DNA from: Dudresnaya verticillata
Lineage: Eukaryota
Direction of reading: 5' to 3'
Length of the DNA: 64,000 bases
Assembly: GCA_977862235.1 (NCBI GenBank)
Contig: OZ374565.1
Coordinates: 2,294,001-2,358,000 of the forward strand
The position numbers were made by a program, and so were the translations under genes. The notes beneath the pieces were generated by a model. The model was given only the letters and a program-made list of their open reading frames with translations, was not told the DNA's origin and did no database searches. Below are positions 50,902-63,300 of the stretch, piece after piece (within the stretch, counting starts at the first letter, position 1; each line of letters opens with the position of its first letter).

Positions 50902-50990
50902 ACATTCGGCCATACTACGCAGACATGCTCCGTATCCCATCCCGAACTGCGAAGATAAGTCTCGTCAGGCTGGTTTAGTACTGAGGTGAG
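50902..50990 (+). rRNA. 5S: 5S rRNA gene 5' fragment (nt 1-89), interrupted at the same base as 3407
   Basis: Identical to 3319-3407. Confidence 0.93.
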
Positions 50991-53900
50991 TTCAACTTTA
51001 TAACAGGGGACCATATTCTAATATTTGTCGACGTACAATCTACTGTAGTATCACAACAAAGTTAAACCCCCAACTCAAAACAACTTGCACATCTACACCT
51101 CCTGTTGGATCCCTTCCATCAGGCACTTGACGTTGTTCTGTACCAGTCGCGCCGCGTGCCTGTGGAATAGAGCCGCTCGCGAAACACCGCGAGTTACCAT
51201 GGCCCGAGAAGCCACGGTATCCGCCAACTCTTGCATATACTTGTGCGCCTCCGGGTGCCAGCCACCTAGTGTGGTCATCGGCACCGGCACAAGCCTTGCC
51301 CCCGGTCCGGCAGCCTGGATGAAGCCACGGTAAGTCCGCACCTTGTCAGCGTGGGCGTTCTTCAGCGTCCCTTGCGGGTTTGTTATGCAGCTGAGAATGC
51401 GTTGTTCTGACGACAGTGGATGACTGATTGTGACGTCCAGGTAGTCCGTTCCTCCTTCTGTTCCAAGCGCCTTGATGTCTGGCCGATCCAGGTGAGCCCC
51501 CACCGGGCGGGGCTCCACAATCGGGGTGCGTGTCGCACGTTTCAGATCCGAAGCCAGCAGACGAACCTGAGAGTCGTGGCGCCACGACCGAGGAGAACCG
51601 CTGTTCCGCATGCCGTTCGGACAAATCAGCAGATGGTCGCCGTGAACATCCATCTTCTTCTTGCACCCGGCCCGAGGACACTCCGTGTCGGGTTCCAGCA
51701 GTGGGATCTGACAGTAGAATCGAAGCCATACGCGGTAGTCCCGATCCGCAATGTACGTCTTCATGCCTGGTGCCGGCTGGCACTTGAGCCAGTCCTTGGC
51801 GCCCGGCACGCCAAGGGAAGCTCGGAAAGCTTGAGTCCGCCTGTCCCCGAGCGGCAGCTCGGCTTGCACTTTCTTCAGTACCAACCGCGTCAAGTCCCGC
51901 TGGCGCGGGCACTCGTCGCTGTCGATCTTCTCCAGGTCCAGGGCATCCTCACTATGGCACTTGGCGCTCCAGGCTTCGTGCGCTTCTACTGCAAAAGGAT
52001 CGTCAGAAAGAGCAGTGTTCACAGAAGCGGGTAAGATAGAACGCAGTAAGTTGCGGGTCAGTGAAAGGGATGCCAAAAACGCGCTCGAGTTCATGTCTCC
52101 AGCTCCCGAAATACCGATTCCGAAGCTGGGCTCTTTCGTGCGCAGGGGAAGCTGAAGTTCGCGGAAGGTGTCCCTCGGTAGGACTCCTCCCACGAGCTTG
52201 CGCGTGCAAGCCTCAATCTTCTGGTCGAAGAGCTCGGCGCCCTTTGCCGTGGCGGATGATGGAACTACTCGCAGCAGGTAGTTCAGCCGGCAGACTCCGG
52301 CACAGTTGCGGAGTAGAGTGATGGCCACGTGTAGGTCTTCTAGTCCCGAAATTGCGTCCAGCAGGGGCTGGATGGACTCGACATGGCCATTCACGCTCTC
52401 CTCCATGTAGTTCTGCGTTCCAATCGGAGCCTGAAGTACTGTAGTGCCTTCTCCGTAGCTCTGCCCAAGATCCGACGGGTAGGCAGCGCAGTCTTCTGGG
52501 TCGGGTGCAGTAGGCCACCAAACAGTACACTTGTCCATGCGCAGGTGGAAGCCATAGCCCTTAGCTTCCTCGGAGTCAAAGAAGGACAGAACCTTCCTGA
52601 GTACGGCGTGTTTCGCCACGATGACGCCGTCGTCCAGGTAGAACAGTGACAGCAGCAAGTTGTTCGCCCCCTCCGCTTGCTGATTGCGGCCCGAGCGCCG
52701 CAGGTCGGCGGTGAGTTCCTTCAACTGTTTGATCAGTGCCTGCAGCACCAAAGCAAACAGTAACGGCCCGAGCGGGTCACCTTGCTGTACACCAGTGACA
52801 CTCCGCAGTAGAGTGTCACCCATCCACAGGTGCGGGCCCTCAGAGTCATAACAGTATCTGACCCACGGTAGTAGTTCAGGCATATGTCGGCGGACCTCCT
52901 TCATGAATGCTTTGCGGCTGACAAGGTTGAAGGCATTCTTCAAGTCCACTTGTAGCAACCCGTAGGACTTGTCATGGCCGTGAGACTTCTGCAGCTTCCG
53001 GACCGCGTGTACAATGGCTTCTGTGCCGCCCGAGGTTGCGACCCCGAGCTGAAGCGGTTCGAGGTATGCCTTGGCCTTGGGAGCGACTCTGGTCATGAGC
53101 ATAGAGCTCACGAGTCGTCGGATTGTCTCTCCTACAGCAATGGGGCGGACACCGCCGGTGCGCTTCTTCAGAGCCGTGAGAGGAGCGCTGGCAATCCAAG
53201 GCGACAGCTCCGCAGGTCCTGCGCCGCTGGCCAGCACGTTGACCATTTTGGTGAGCCCGCCAAGCAGGCCCGTGTGCTCGTGAGTGGTCGGGACTGAGAG
53301 CAGTTCCTGCAGATGGGTCGGTGATAGTCCTGTTCCCCCCGAGGCCGAAGCCCGGGGGAACTTGGCCACTGCTTTTCGTACTTCGTCGGCTGTGAAAGGC
53401 ACGAAGTCAGGCATGGTCGGCAGCGGTTCGGACTGGTCAAGCTCGTGGTCCGCGTCGGTTTGCGGTACGGACTGCGGGTGCTTGTCCTTCATGGACTGTA
53501 TCACAGAGTCTGTGGCTGGGGCGATTCCATCAGAGTCTAGAGCTGCTGCTGCCTTACTGTAGGCGCCCTCCTTTGCAAGGCGAAGGGCTCGTGAGGCATT
53601 GATACGGCGTTGCTCTTCTGCGGAAGGCGCAGTCTGCTCACGGAATGTCGAGCCCTTCAAGGCCTCCTGCCATAGGGCGTCGTAATCCTTGAGTCCCCAG
53701 CGTCGGATTCGATCGCGGAAGGTGCCGATCGAGGACGCAGAGGTTGACGCGCTGGCCCTTGCACTCGCCGCGGGAGGATTGGACAAGACGGCTGCTGGAA
53801 AAAGCAGGAATGCAGTGAGCTCTTTGGTGGCTTCCTGAGAGTTGGTTGCGTTCGTAAAAGCCCATACCGTCTTGGACAGTGCGTCGCGCACCTCGGCGCG

Positions 53901-55635
53901 GACGCGAGACGGTATATGTGTGACCATAGGGATATGCGAGCGACAGATGTCTTCGACCGCCGGCAGAAGCTGCCCTCCTGGACCCCGCGCAACGGGTGGG
54001 GTTTGCGCAGTTGGTACCTCTCGAGTAGCAGGTACCGGTGCAGGAGGCGGCTCCTGGCTGTCCGGGATTCGTCGCGGGGCTGGCAGGATATCGTCCGCTG
54101 GCTCGCCGTCCTCGGGTTGCGTCTCCGTGACCGCGTCCAGAGCAGGAGACTGTGATGGCGCGGCTACAGTTTCTTCACGGCTCGGTGTCGTCAATTGGTT
54201 GGACGGGACGTGGGAGAACGCCGGAGTGCGAGTAGCGGGACATGCGCTGCAATTCTTGTACCGCATACTGTACATGCCTTCACTGTTCATGCGGGAGCTA
54301 CAGTGGGTGGGCATGTACTTGTTGTGAGTCACACAGTACCATACTCCATAGTCCAGGAGCTGCTGCTTGAGAGGCTCGATGTCGGTCCTCGTCGGTGGTC
54401 CTCGCCTGCCAGGAACATGCATCTTCCGCAGGTGCATGAGTAGCGCTTCTACAGTAGGCAGTGAGGACGACTGGCAGCCCAGAGGACAGCTGGTACTGTT
54501 TGTCGGGCGGTGTTTTGCCGAAGGCATAAAGCATGGAGAGAGCCATACCTTCGGCATGTCGGGGTGCTGCTGACCAATCATGGTTACAGCGCTGGGTAAG
54601 GTACCTGTAAAGGTCCTCTACAGTAGGTTCCCACGGGGCACAGACCTCCTAACCGGGACGCAAGCCTGTCGTCCGTCGTCAGTCTGTTCGGGACACCTCC
54701 AGAGGGTGCTACAGGTGGCCTTGCTGCGAGATGAGGGCCTCTTCGCAGCGTAGGGCGCGAGATCGCGCACTTTGCGCACGAGCTCGCGCAAAAGGGCGCG
54801 CGTGTTAGCGTTCGTGCGCGCAGAGTTATCGGACGTTCCCTTCCCTGCCGCAGCTGAGAAGACTCTCTTCACTGCGGTCCTGTAACGCGCGGTACTTCTC
54901 GTTTGCACAAGCTCTCAATGGGGTCGCAGAACCACCGTTTACCTGTGAGTGCCCACAGGATTTTTGGCCTCCCCCGAAGGTTCGCTGGCAGGACGTTCGC
55001 TCGATCTTAGAAGGGGTGGTTTCAAAACAGGATCCACCAGGCTTAAGCCACGTTACCCCAACTTCGACGTTGCTTGGCACGTTTCTGCGATGAGCTTGTG
55101 GGTCACGAGCCGCCTACCACTCAAGGTCGAGGGTCTTTGGCGATTCCCACACTTGTAGGTCTCTCGGCACTTCCCGAAGGAAGATTTTACAGGACAAGCC
55201 TGGCCTTTACCAATCTGTCAGTTGAAGGGTGTGAAACCCCTCTGTCGACAGTCCACGGCAGCCTAGACAGAGTCTAGGCTGTGCCGGGTACAAGCAAAAC
55301 GCGTACAGGGCCAGGGAAAGAAAGATAAGTCAGTGGGGCCCGGGAAAATTTCAAGGTGAGGGATCACCTTAAAAGTAAGCGCAAAATAGGAAACGCGTGA
55401 CCGTCGGCGACGACGGCGGCGGCGACGGCGGCGACGACGACGGCGTCGCGGCGCAGATCGGCGGCGCGGAAAGAGACAAAAGTAGACCGCGCTCGCCCGC
55501 CCGCGAAGGTGAAGGGCTGAAAAACCCCGCACCGACGCGCCGTCGCGCGCTCGAACAGGCGGCACCGCCGCCGAAAAGATCGGTGCAGAACTTGCTGAGA
55601 AATCTCCGAAACAAAAAATTCGGCAGATCGCGAGG
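50991..55635 (-). mobile_element. Copy E13: full-length (C-type 5' part, privately diverged 3' part)
   Basis: 3' end abuts 5S nt 89. 5' junction GAGGGGTACTGAGGTCGAGTACTGAGGTGAG. Confidence 0.95.
51093..54581 (-). CDS. ZnF-RT-CCHC-RLE protein, 1162 aa
   Basis: Intact ORF with private changes (HEAW, YCQI). Confidence 0.95.
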   Translation of the reverse strand: MIGQQHPDMPKVWLSPCFMPSAKHRPTNSTSCPLGCQSSSLPTVEALLMHLRKMHVPGRRGPPTRTDIEPLKQQLLDYGVWYCVTHNKYMPTHCSSRMNSEGMYSMRYKNCSACPATRTPAFSHVPSNQLTTPSREETVAAPSQSPALDAVTETQPEDGEPADDILPAPRRIPDSQEPPPAPVPATREVPTAQTPPVARGPGGQLLPAVEDICRSHIPMVTHIPSRVRAEVRDALSKTVWAFTNATNSQEATKELTAFLLFPAAVLSNPPAASARASASTSASSIGTFRDRIRRWGLKDYDALWQEALKGSTFREQTAPSAEEQRRINASRALRLAKEGAYSKAAAALDSDGIAPATDSVIQSMKDKHPQSVPQTDADHELDQSEPLPTMPDFVPFTADEVRKAVAKFPRASASGGTGLSPTHLQELLSVPTTHEHTGLLGGLTKMVNVLASGAGPAELSPWIASAPLTALKKRTGGVRPIAVGETIRRLVSSMLMTRVAPKAKAYLEPLQLGVATSGGTEAIVHAVRKLQKSHGHDKSYGLLQVDLKNAFNLVSRKAFMKEVRRHMPELLPWVRYCYDSEGPHLWMGDTLLRSVTGVQQGDPLGPLLFALVLQALIKQLKELTADLRRSGRNQQAEGANNLLLSLFYLDDGVIVAKHAVLRKVLSFFDSEEAKGYGFHLRMDKCTVWWPTAPDPEDCAAYPSDLGQSYGEGTTVLQAPIGTQNYMEESVNGHVESIQPLLDAISGLEDLHVAITLLRNCAGVCRLNYLLRVVPSSATAKGAELFDQKIEACTRKLVGGVLPRDTFRELQLPLRTKEPSFGIGISGAGDMNSSAFLASLSLTRNLLRSILPASVNTALSDDPFAVEAHEAWSAKCHSEDALDLEKIDSDECPRQRDLTRLVLKKVQAELPLGDRRTQAFRASLGVPGAKDWLKCQPAPGMKTYIADRDYRVWLRFYCQIPLLEPDTECPRAGCKKKMDVHGDHLLICPNGMRNSGSPRSWRHDSQVRLLASDLKRATRTPIVEPRPVGAHLDRPDIKALGTEGGTDYLDVTISHPLSSEQRILSCITNPQGTLKNAHADKVRTYRGFIQAAGPGARLVPVPMTTLGGWHPEAHKYMQELADTVASRAMVTRGVSRAALFHRHAARLVQNNVKCLMEGIQQEV

Positions 55636-55662
55636 GGTACTGAGGTCGAGTACTGAGGTGAG

Positions 55663-58600
55663 TTCAACTTTATAACAGGTGATCATATATTCTAATATTT
55701 TTCGACGTACAATCTACTCTAGTATCACACCAAAGTTAAACCCCAACTCAAGACAACTTGCACATCTACACCTCCTGTTGGATCCCTTCCATCAGGCACT
55801 TGACGTTGTTCTGCACCAGTCGCGCCGCGTGCCTGTGGAACAGAGCCGCTCGCGAAACACCGCGAGTTACCATGGCCCGAGAAGCCACGGTATCCGCCAA
55901 CTCTTGCATATACTTGTGCGCCTCCGGGTGCCAGCCACCTAGTGTGGTCATCGGCACCGGCACAAGTCTTGCCCCCGGTCCGGCAGCCTGGATGAAGCCA
56001 CGGTAAGTCCGCACCTTGTCAGCGTGGGCGTTCTTCAGCGTCCCTTGCGGGTTTGTTATGCAGCTGAGAATGCGTTGTTCTGACGACAGTGGATGACTGA
56101 TTGTGACGTCCAGGTAGTCCGTTCCTCCTTCTGTTCCAAGCGCCTTGATGTCCGGCCGATCCAGGTGAGCCCCCACAGGGCGGGGCTCCACAGTCGGGGT
56201 GCGTGTCGCACGTTTCAGATCCGAAGCCAGCAGACGAACCTGAGAGTCGTGGCGCCACGACCGAGGAGATCCGCTGTTCCGCATGCCGTTCGGACAAATC
56301 AGCAGATGGTCGCCGTGAACATCCATCATCTTCTTGCACCCGGCCCGAAGGCACTCCGTGTCGGGTTCCAGCAGTGGAATCCGACAGTAGAATCGAAGCC
56401 ATACGCGGTAGTCCCGATCCGCAATGTACGTCTTCATGCCTGGTGCCGGCTGGCACTTGAGCCAGTCCTTGGCGCCCGGCACGCCAAGGGAAGCTCGGAA
56501 AGCTTGAGTCCGCCTGTCCCCGAGCGGCAGCTCGGCCTGCACCTTCTTCAGTACCAACCGCGTCAAGTCCCGCTGGCGCGGGCACTCGTCGCTGTCGATC
56601 TTCTCGAGGTCCAGGGCATCCTCACTATGGCACTTGGCGCTCCAGTCTTCATGCGCTTCTACTGCAAAAGGATCGTCAGAAAGAGCAGTGTTCACAGAAG
56701 CGGGTAAGATAGAACGCAGTAAGTTGCGGGTCAGTGAAAGGGACGCCAAAAACGCGCTCGAGTTCATGTCGCCAGCTCCCGAAATACCGATTCCGAAGCT
56801 GGGATCTTTCGTGCGCAGGGGAAGCTGAAGTTCGCGGAAGGTGTCCCTCGGTAGGACTCCTCCCACGAGCTTGCGCATGCAAGCCTCAATCTTCTGGTCG
56901 AAGAGCTCGGCGCCCTTCGCCGTGGCGGATGATGGAACTACTCGCAGCAGGTAGTTCAGCCGGCAGACTCCGGCACAGTTGCGGAGTAGAGTTATGGCCA
57001 CGTGTAGGTCTTCGAGTCCCGAAATTGCGTCCAGCAGGGGCTGGATGGACTCGACATGGCCCTTCACGCTCTCCTCCATGTAGTTCTGCGTTCCAATCGG
57101 AGCCTGAAGTACTGTAGTGCCTTCTCCGTAGCTCTGCCCAAGATCCGACGGGTATGCAGCGCAGTCTTCTGGGTCGGGTGCAGTAGGCCACCAAACAGTA
57201 CACTTGTCCATGCGCAGGTGGAAGCCGTAGCCCTTAGCTTCCTCGGAGTCAAAGAAGGACAGAACCTTCCTGAGTACGGCGTGTTTCGCCACGATGACGC
57301 CGTCGTCCAGGTAGAACAGTGACAGCAGCAAGTTGTTTGCTGCCTCCGCTTGCTGATTGCGGCCCGAGCGCCGCAGGTCGGCGGTGAGTTCCTTCAACTG
57401 TTTGATCAGTGCCTGCAGCACCAAAGCAAACAGTAACGGCCCGAGCGGGTCACCTTGCTGTACACCAGTGACACTCCGCAGTAGAGTGTCACCCATCCAC
57501 AGGTGCGGGCCCTCAGAGTCATAACAGTATCTGACCCACGATAGCAGTTCAGGCATATGTCGGCGGACCTCCTTCATGAATGCTTTGCGGCTGACAAGGT
57601 TGAAGGCATTCTTCAAGTCCACTTGTAGCAACCCGTAGGACTTGTCATGGCCGTGAGAATTCTGCAGCTTCCGGACCGCGTGTACAATCGCTTCTGTGCC
57701 GCCCGAGGTTGCGACCCCGAGCTGAAGCGGTTCGAGGTATGCCTTGGCCTTGGGAGCGACTCTGGTCATGAGCATAGAGCTCACGAGTCGTCGGATTGTC
57801 TCTCCTACAGCAATGGGGCGGACACCGCCGGTGCGCTTCTTCAGAGCCGTGAGAGGAGCGCTGGCAATCCAAGGCGACAGCTCCGCAGGTCCTGCGCCGC
57901 TGGCCAGCACGTTGACCATTTTGGTGAGCCCGCCAAGCAGGCCCGTGTGCTCGTGGGTGGTCGGGACTGAGAGCAGTTCCTGCAGATGGGTCGGTGATAG
58001 TCCTGTGCCCCCCGAGGCCGAAGCCCGGGGGAACTTGGCCACTGCTTTTCGTACTTCGTCGGCTGTGAAAGGCACGAAGTCAGGGATGGTCGGCAGCGGT
58101 TCGGACTGGTCAAGCTCGTGGTCCGCGTCGGTTTGCGGTACGGACTGTGGGTGCTTGTCCGTCATGGACTGTATCACAGAGTCTGTGGCTGGGGCGATTC
58201 CATCAGAGTCTAGAGCTGCTGCTGCCTTACTGTAGGCGCCCTCCTTTGCGAGGCGAAGGGCTCGTGAGGCGTTGATACGGCGTTGCTCTTCTGCGGAAGG
58301 CGCAGTCTGCTCACGGAATGTCGAGCCCTTCAAGGCCTCCTGCCATAGGGAGTCGTAATCCTTGAGTCCCCAGCGTCGGATTCGATCGCGGAAGGTGCCG
58401 ATCGAGGACGCAGAGGTTGACGCGCCGGCCCTTGCACTCGCCGTGGGAGGATTGGACAAGACGGCTGCTGGAAAAAGCAGGAATGCAGTGAGCTCTTTGG
58501 TGGCTTCCTGAGAGTTGTTTGCGTTCGTAAAAGCCCATACCGTCTTGGACAGTGCGTCGCGCACCTCTGCGCGGACGCGAGACGGTATATGTGTGACCAT

Positions 58601-60308
58601 AGGGATATGCGAGCGACAGATATCTTCGACCGCCGGCAGAAGCTGCCCCCCCGGACCCCGCGCAGCGTGTCGGGTTTGCGCAGTTGGTACCTCTTGAGTA
58701 GCAGGTACCGGTGCAGGAGGCGGCTCCTGGCTGTCCGGGATTCGTCGCGGGGCTGGCAGGATATCGTCCGCTGGCTCGCCGTCCTCGGATTGCGTCTCCG
58801 TGACCACGTCCAGAGCAGGAGACTGTGATGGCGCGGCTACAGTTTCTTCACGGCTCGGTGTCGTCAATTGGTTGGACGGGACGTGGGAGAACGCCGGAGT
58901 GCGAGTAGCGGGACATGCGCTGCAATTCTTGTACCGCATACTGTACATGCCTTCACTGTTCATGCGGGAGCTACAGTGGGTGGGCATGTACTTGTTGTGA
59001 GTCACACAGTACCATACGCCATAGTCCAGGAGCTGCTGCTTGAGAGGCTCGATGTCGGTCCTCGTCGGTGGTCCTCGCCTGCCAGGAACATGCATCTTCC
59101 GCAGGTGCATGAGTAGCGCTTCTACAGTAGGCAGTGAGGACGACTGGCAGCCCAGAGGACAGCTGGTACTGTTTGTCGGGCGGTGTTTTGCCGAAGGCAT
59201 AAAGCATGGAGAGAGCCATACCTTCGGCATGTCGGGGTGCTGCTGACCAATCATGGTTACAGCGCTGGGTAAGGTACCTGTAAAGGTCCTCTACAGTAGG
59301 TTCCCTCGGGGCACAGACCTCCTAACCGGGACGCAAGCCTGTCGTCCGTCGTCAGTCTGTTCGGGACACCTCCAGAGGGTGCTACAGGTGGCCTTGCTGC
59401 GAGATGAAGGCCTCTTCGCAGCGTAGGGCGCGAGATCGCGCAATTTGCGCACGAGCTCGCGCAAAAGGGCGCACGTGTTAGCGTTCGCGCGCAGAGTTAT
59501 CGGACGTTCCCTTCCCTGCCGCAGCTGAGAAGACTCTCTTCACTGCGGTCCTGTAACGCGCGGTACTTCTCGTTTGCACAAGCTCTCAATGGGGTCGCAG
59601 AACCACCGTCTACCTGTGAGTGCCCACAGGATTTTTGGCCTCCCCCGAAGGTTCGCTGGCAGGACGTTCGCTCGATCTTAGAAGGGGTGGTTTCAAAACA
59701 GGATCCACCAGGCTTAAGCCACGTTACCCCAACTTCGACGTTGCTTGGCACGTTTCTGCGATGAGCTTGTGGGTCACGAGCCGCCTACCACTCAAGGTCG
59801 AGGGTCTTTGGCGATTCCCACACTTGTAGGTCTCTCGGCACTTCCCGAAGGAAGATTTTACAGGACAAGCCTGGCCTTTACCAATCTGTCAGTTGAAGGG
59901 TGTGAAACCCCTCTGTCGACAGTCCACGGCAGCCTAGACAGAGTCTAGGCTGTGCCGGGTACAAGCAAAACGCGTACAGGGCCAGGGAAAGAAAGATAAG
60001 TCAGTGGGGCCCGGGCAAATTTCAAGGTGAGGGATCACCTTAAAAGTAAGCGCAAAATAGGAAACGCGTGACCGTCGGCGACGACGGCGGCGGCGACGGC
60101 GGCGACGACGACGGCGTCGCGGCGCAGATCGGCGGCGCAAAAAGAGACAAAAGTAGACCGCGCTCGCCCGCCCGCGAAGGTGAAGGGCTGAAAACCCCCG
60201 CACCGACGCGCCGTCGCGCGCTCGAACAGGCGGCACCGCCGCCGAAAAGATCGGTGCAGAACTTGTTGAGATATCCGCGAAACAAAAATTTCGGCAGATC
60301 GCTGAGGG
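55663..60308 (-). mobile_element. Copy E14: full-length (subfamily A)
   Basis: Followed by AGTACTGAGGTGAG (60309-60322). Confidence 0.95.
55766..59254 (-). CDS. ZnF-RT-CCHC-RLE protein, 1162 aa
   Basis: Intact ORF, same motifs. Confidence 0.95.
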   Translation of the reverse strand: MIGQQHPDMPKVWLSPCFMPSAKHRPTNSTSCPLGCQSSSLPTVEALLMHLRKMHVPGRRGPPTRTDIEPLKQQLLDYGVWYCVTHNKYMPTHCSSRMNSEGMYSMRYKNCSACPATRTPAFSHVPSNQLTTPSREETVAAPSQSPALDVVTETQSEDGEPADDILPAPRRIPDSQEPPPAPVPATQEVPTAQTRHAARGPGGQLLPAVEDICRSHIPMVTHIPSRVRAEVRDALSKTVWAFTNANNSQEATKELTAFLLFPAAVLSNPPTASARAGASTSASSIGTFRDRIRRWGLKDYDSLWQEALKGSTFREQTAPSAEEQRRINASRALRLAKEGAYSKAAAALDSDGIAPATDSVIQSMTDKHPQSVPQTDADHELDQSEPLPTIPDFVPFTADEVRKAVAKFPRASASGGTGLSPTHLQELLSVPTTHEHTGLLGGLTKMVNVLASGAGPAELSPWIASAPLTALKKRTGGVRPIAVGETIRRLVSSMLMTRVAPKAKAYLEPLQLGVATSGGTEAIVHAVRKLQNSHGHDKSYGLLQVDLKNAFNLVSRKAFMKEVRRHMPELLSWVRYCYDSEGPHLWMGDTLLRSVTGVQQGDPLGPLLFALVLQALIKQLKELTADLRRSGRNQQAEAANNLLLSLFYLDDGVIVAKHAVLRKVLSFFDSEEAKGYGFHLRMDKCTVWWPTAPDPEDCAAYPSDLGQSYGEGTTVLQAPIGTQNYMEESVKGHVESIQPLLDAISGLEDLHVAITLLRNCAGVCRLNYLLRVVPSSATAKGAELFDQKIEACMRKLVGGVLPRDTFRELQLPLRTKDPSFGIGISGAGDMNSSAFLASLSLTRNLLRSILPASVNTALSDDPFAVEAHEDWSAKCHSEDALDLEKIDSDECPRQRDLTRLVLKKVQAELPLGDRRTQAFRASLGVPGAKDWLKCQPAPGMKTYIADRDYRVWLRFYCRIPLLEPDTECLRAGCKKMMDVHGDHLLICPNGMRNSGSPRSWRHDSQVRLLASDLKRATRTPTVEPRPVGAHLDRPDIKALGTEGGTDYLDVTISHPLSSEQRILSCITNPQGTLKNAHADKVRTYRGFIQAAGPGARLVPVPMTTLGGWHPEAHKYMQELADTVASRAMVTRGVSRAALFHRHAARLVQNNVKCLMEGIQQEV

Positions 60309-60322
60309 AGTACTGAGGTGAG

Positions 60323-63300
60323 TTCAACTTTATAACAGGTGATCATATTCTAATATTTGTCGACGTACAATCTACTGTAGTATCACAACAAAGTTAAACC
60401 CCAACTCAAAACAACTTGCACATCTACACCTCCTGTTGGATCCCTTCCATCAGGCACTTGACGTTGTTCTGCACCAGTCGCGCCGCGTGCCTGTGGAATA
60501 GAGCCGCTCGCGAAACACCGCGAGTTACCATGGCCCGAGAAGCCACAGTATCCGCCAACTCTTGCATGTACTTGTGCGCCTCCGGGTGCCAGCCACCTAG
60601 TGTGGTCATCGGCACCGGCACAAGTCTTGCCCCCGGTCCGGCAGCCTGGATGAAGCCACGGTAAGTCCTCACCTTGTCAGCGTGGGCGTTCTTCAGCGTC
60701 CCTTGCGGGTTTGTTATGCAGCTGAGAATGCGTTGTTCTGACGACAGTGGGTGACTGATTGTGACGTCCAGGTAGTCCGTTCCTCCTTCTGTTCCAAGCG
60801 CCTTGATGTCCGGCCGATCCAGGTGAGCCCCCACAGGGCGGGGCTCCACAATCGGGGTGCGTGTCGCACGTTTCAGATCCGAAGCCAGCAGACGAACCTG
60901 AGAGTCGTGGCGCCACGACCGAGGAGATCCGCTGTTCCGCATGCCGTTCGGACAAATCAGCAGATGGTCGCCGTGAACATCCATCATCTTCTTGCACCCG
61001 GCCCGAGGACACTCCGTGTCGGGTTCCAGCAGTGGAATCCGACAGTAGAATCGAAGCCATACGCGGTAGTCCCGATCCGCAATGTACGTCTTCATGCCTG
61101 GTGCCGGCTGGCACTTGAGCCAGTCCTTGGCGCCCGGCGCGCCAAGGGAAGCTCGGAAAGCTTGCGTCCGCCTGTCCCCGAGCGGCAGCTCGGCTTGCAC
61201 TTTCTTCAGTACCAACCGCGTCAAGTCGCTCTGGCGTGGGCACTCGTCGCTGTCGATCTTCTCCAGGTCCAGAGCATCCTCACTATGGCACTTGGCGCTC
61301 CAGTCTTCGTGCGCTTCTACTGCAAAAGGATCGTCAGAAAGAGCAGTGTTCACAGAAGCGGGTAAGATAGAACGCAGTAAGTTGCGGGTCAGTGAAAGGG
61401 ACGCCAAAAACGCGCTCGAGTTCATGTCGCCAGCTCCCGAAATACCGATTCCGAAGCTGGGCTCTTTCGTGCGCAGGGGAAGCTGAAGTTCGCGGAAGGT
61501 GTCCCTCGGTAGGACTCCCCCCACGAGCTTGCGCATGCAAGCCTCAATCTTCTGGTCGAAGAGCTCGGCGCCCTTCGCCGTGGCGGATGATGGAACTACT
61601 CGCAGCAGGTAGTTCAGCCGGCAGACTCCGGCACAGTTGCGGAGTAGAGTGATGGCCACGTGTAGGTCTTCTAGTCCCGAAATTGCGTCCAGCAGGGGCT
61701 GGATGGACTCGACATGGCCATTCACGCTCTCCTCCATGTAGTTCTGCGTTCCAATCGGAGCCTGAAGTACTGTAGTGCCTTCTCCGTAGCTCTGCCCAAG
61801 ATCCGACGGGTAGGCAGCGCAGTCTTCTGGGTCGGGTGCAGTAGGCCACCAAACAGTACACTTGTCCATGCGCAGGTGGAAGCCATAGCCCTTAGCTTCC
61901 TCGGAGTCAAAGAAGGACAGAACCTTCCTGAGTACGGCGTGTTTCGCCACGATGACGCCGTCGTCCAGGTAGAACAGTGACAGCAGCAAGTTGTTCGCCC
62001 CCTCCGCTTGCTGATTGCGGCCCGAGCGCCGCAGGTCGGCGGTGAGTTCCTTCAACTGTTTGATCAGTGCCTGCAGCACCAAAGCAAACAGTAACGGCCC
62101 GAGCGGGTCACCTTGCTGTACACCAGTGACACTCCGCAGTAGAGTGTCACCCATCCACAGGTACGGGCCCTCAGAGTCATAACAGTATCTGACCCACGGT
62201 AGTAGTTCAGGCATGTGTCGGCGGACCTCCTTCATGAATGCTTTGCGGCTGACAAGGTTGAAGGCATTCTTCAAGTCCACTTGTAGCAACCCGTAGGACT
62301 TGTCATGGCCGTGAGACTTCTGCAGCTTCCGGACCGCGTGTACAATCGCTTCTGTGCCGCCCGAGGTTGCGACCCCGAGCTGAAGCGGTTCGAGGTATGC
62401 CTTGGCCTTGGGAGCGACTCTGGTCATGAGCATAGAGCTCACGAGTCGTCGGATTGTCTCTCCTACAGCAATGGGGCGGACACCGCCGGTGCGCTTCTTC
62501 AGAGCCGTGAGAGGAGCGCTGGCAATCCAAGGCGACAGCTCCGCAGGTCCTGCGCCGCTGGCCAGCACGTTGACCATTTTGGTGAGCCCGCCAAGCAGGC
62601 CCGTGTGCTCGTGAGTGGTCGGGACTGAGAGCAGTTCCTGCAGATGGGTCGGTGATAGTCCTGTGCCCCCCGAGGCCGAAGCCCGGGGGAACTTGGCAAC
62701 TGCTTTTCGTACTTCGTCGGCTGTGAAAGGCACGAAGTCAGGGATGGTCGGCAGCGGTTCGGACTGGTCAAGCTCGTGGTCCGCGTCGGTTTGCGGTACG
62801 GACTGTGGGTGCTTGTCCGTCATGGACTGTATCACAGAGTCTGTGGCTGGGGCGATTCCATCAGAGTCTAGAGCTGCTGCTGCCTTACTGTAGGCGCCCT
62901 CCTTTGCGAGGCGAAGGGCTCGTGAGGCGTTGATACGGCGTTGCTCTTCTGCGGAAGGCGCAGTCTGCTCACGGAATGTCGAGCCCTTCAAGGCCTCCTG
63001 CCATAGGGAGTCGTAATCCTTGAGTCCCCAGCGTCGGATTCGATCGCGGAAGGTGCCGATCGAGGACGCAGAGGTTGACGCGCCGGCCCTTGCACTCGCC
63101 GTGGGAGGATTGGACAAGACGGCTGCTGGAAAAAGCAGGAATGCAGTGAGCTCTTTGGTGGCTTCCTGAGAGTTGTTTGCGTTCGTAAAAGCCCATACCG
63201 TCTTGGACAGTGCGTCGCGCACCTCTGCGCGGACGCGAGACGGTATATGTGTGACCATAGGGATATGCGAGCGACAGATATCTTCGACCGCCGGCAGAAG

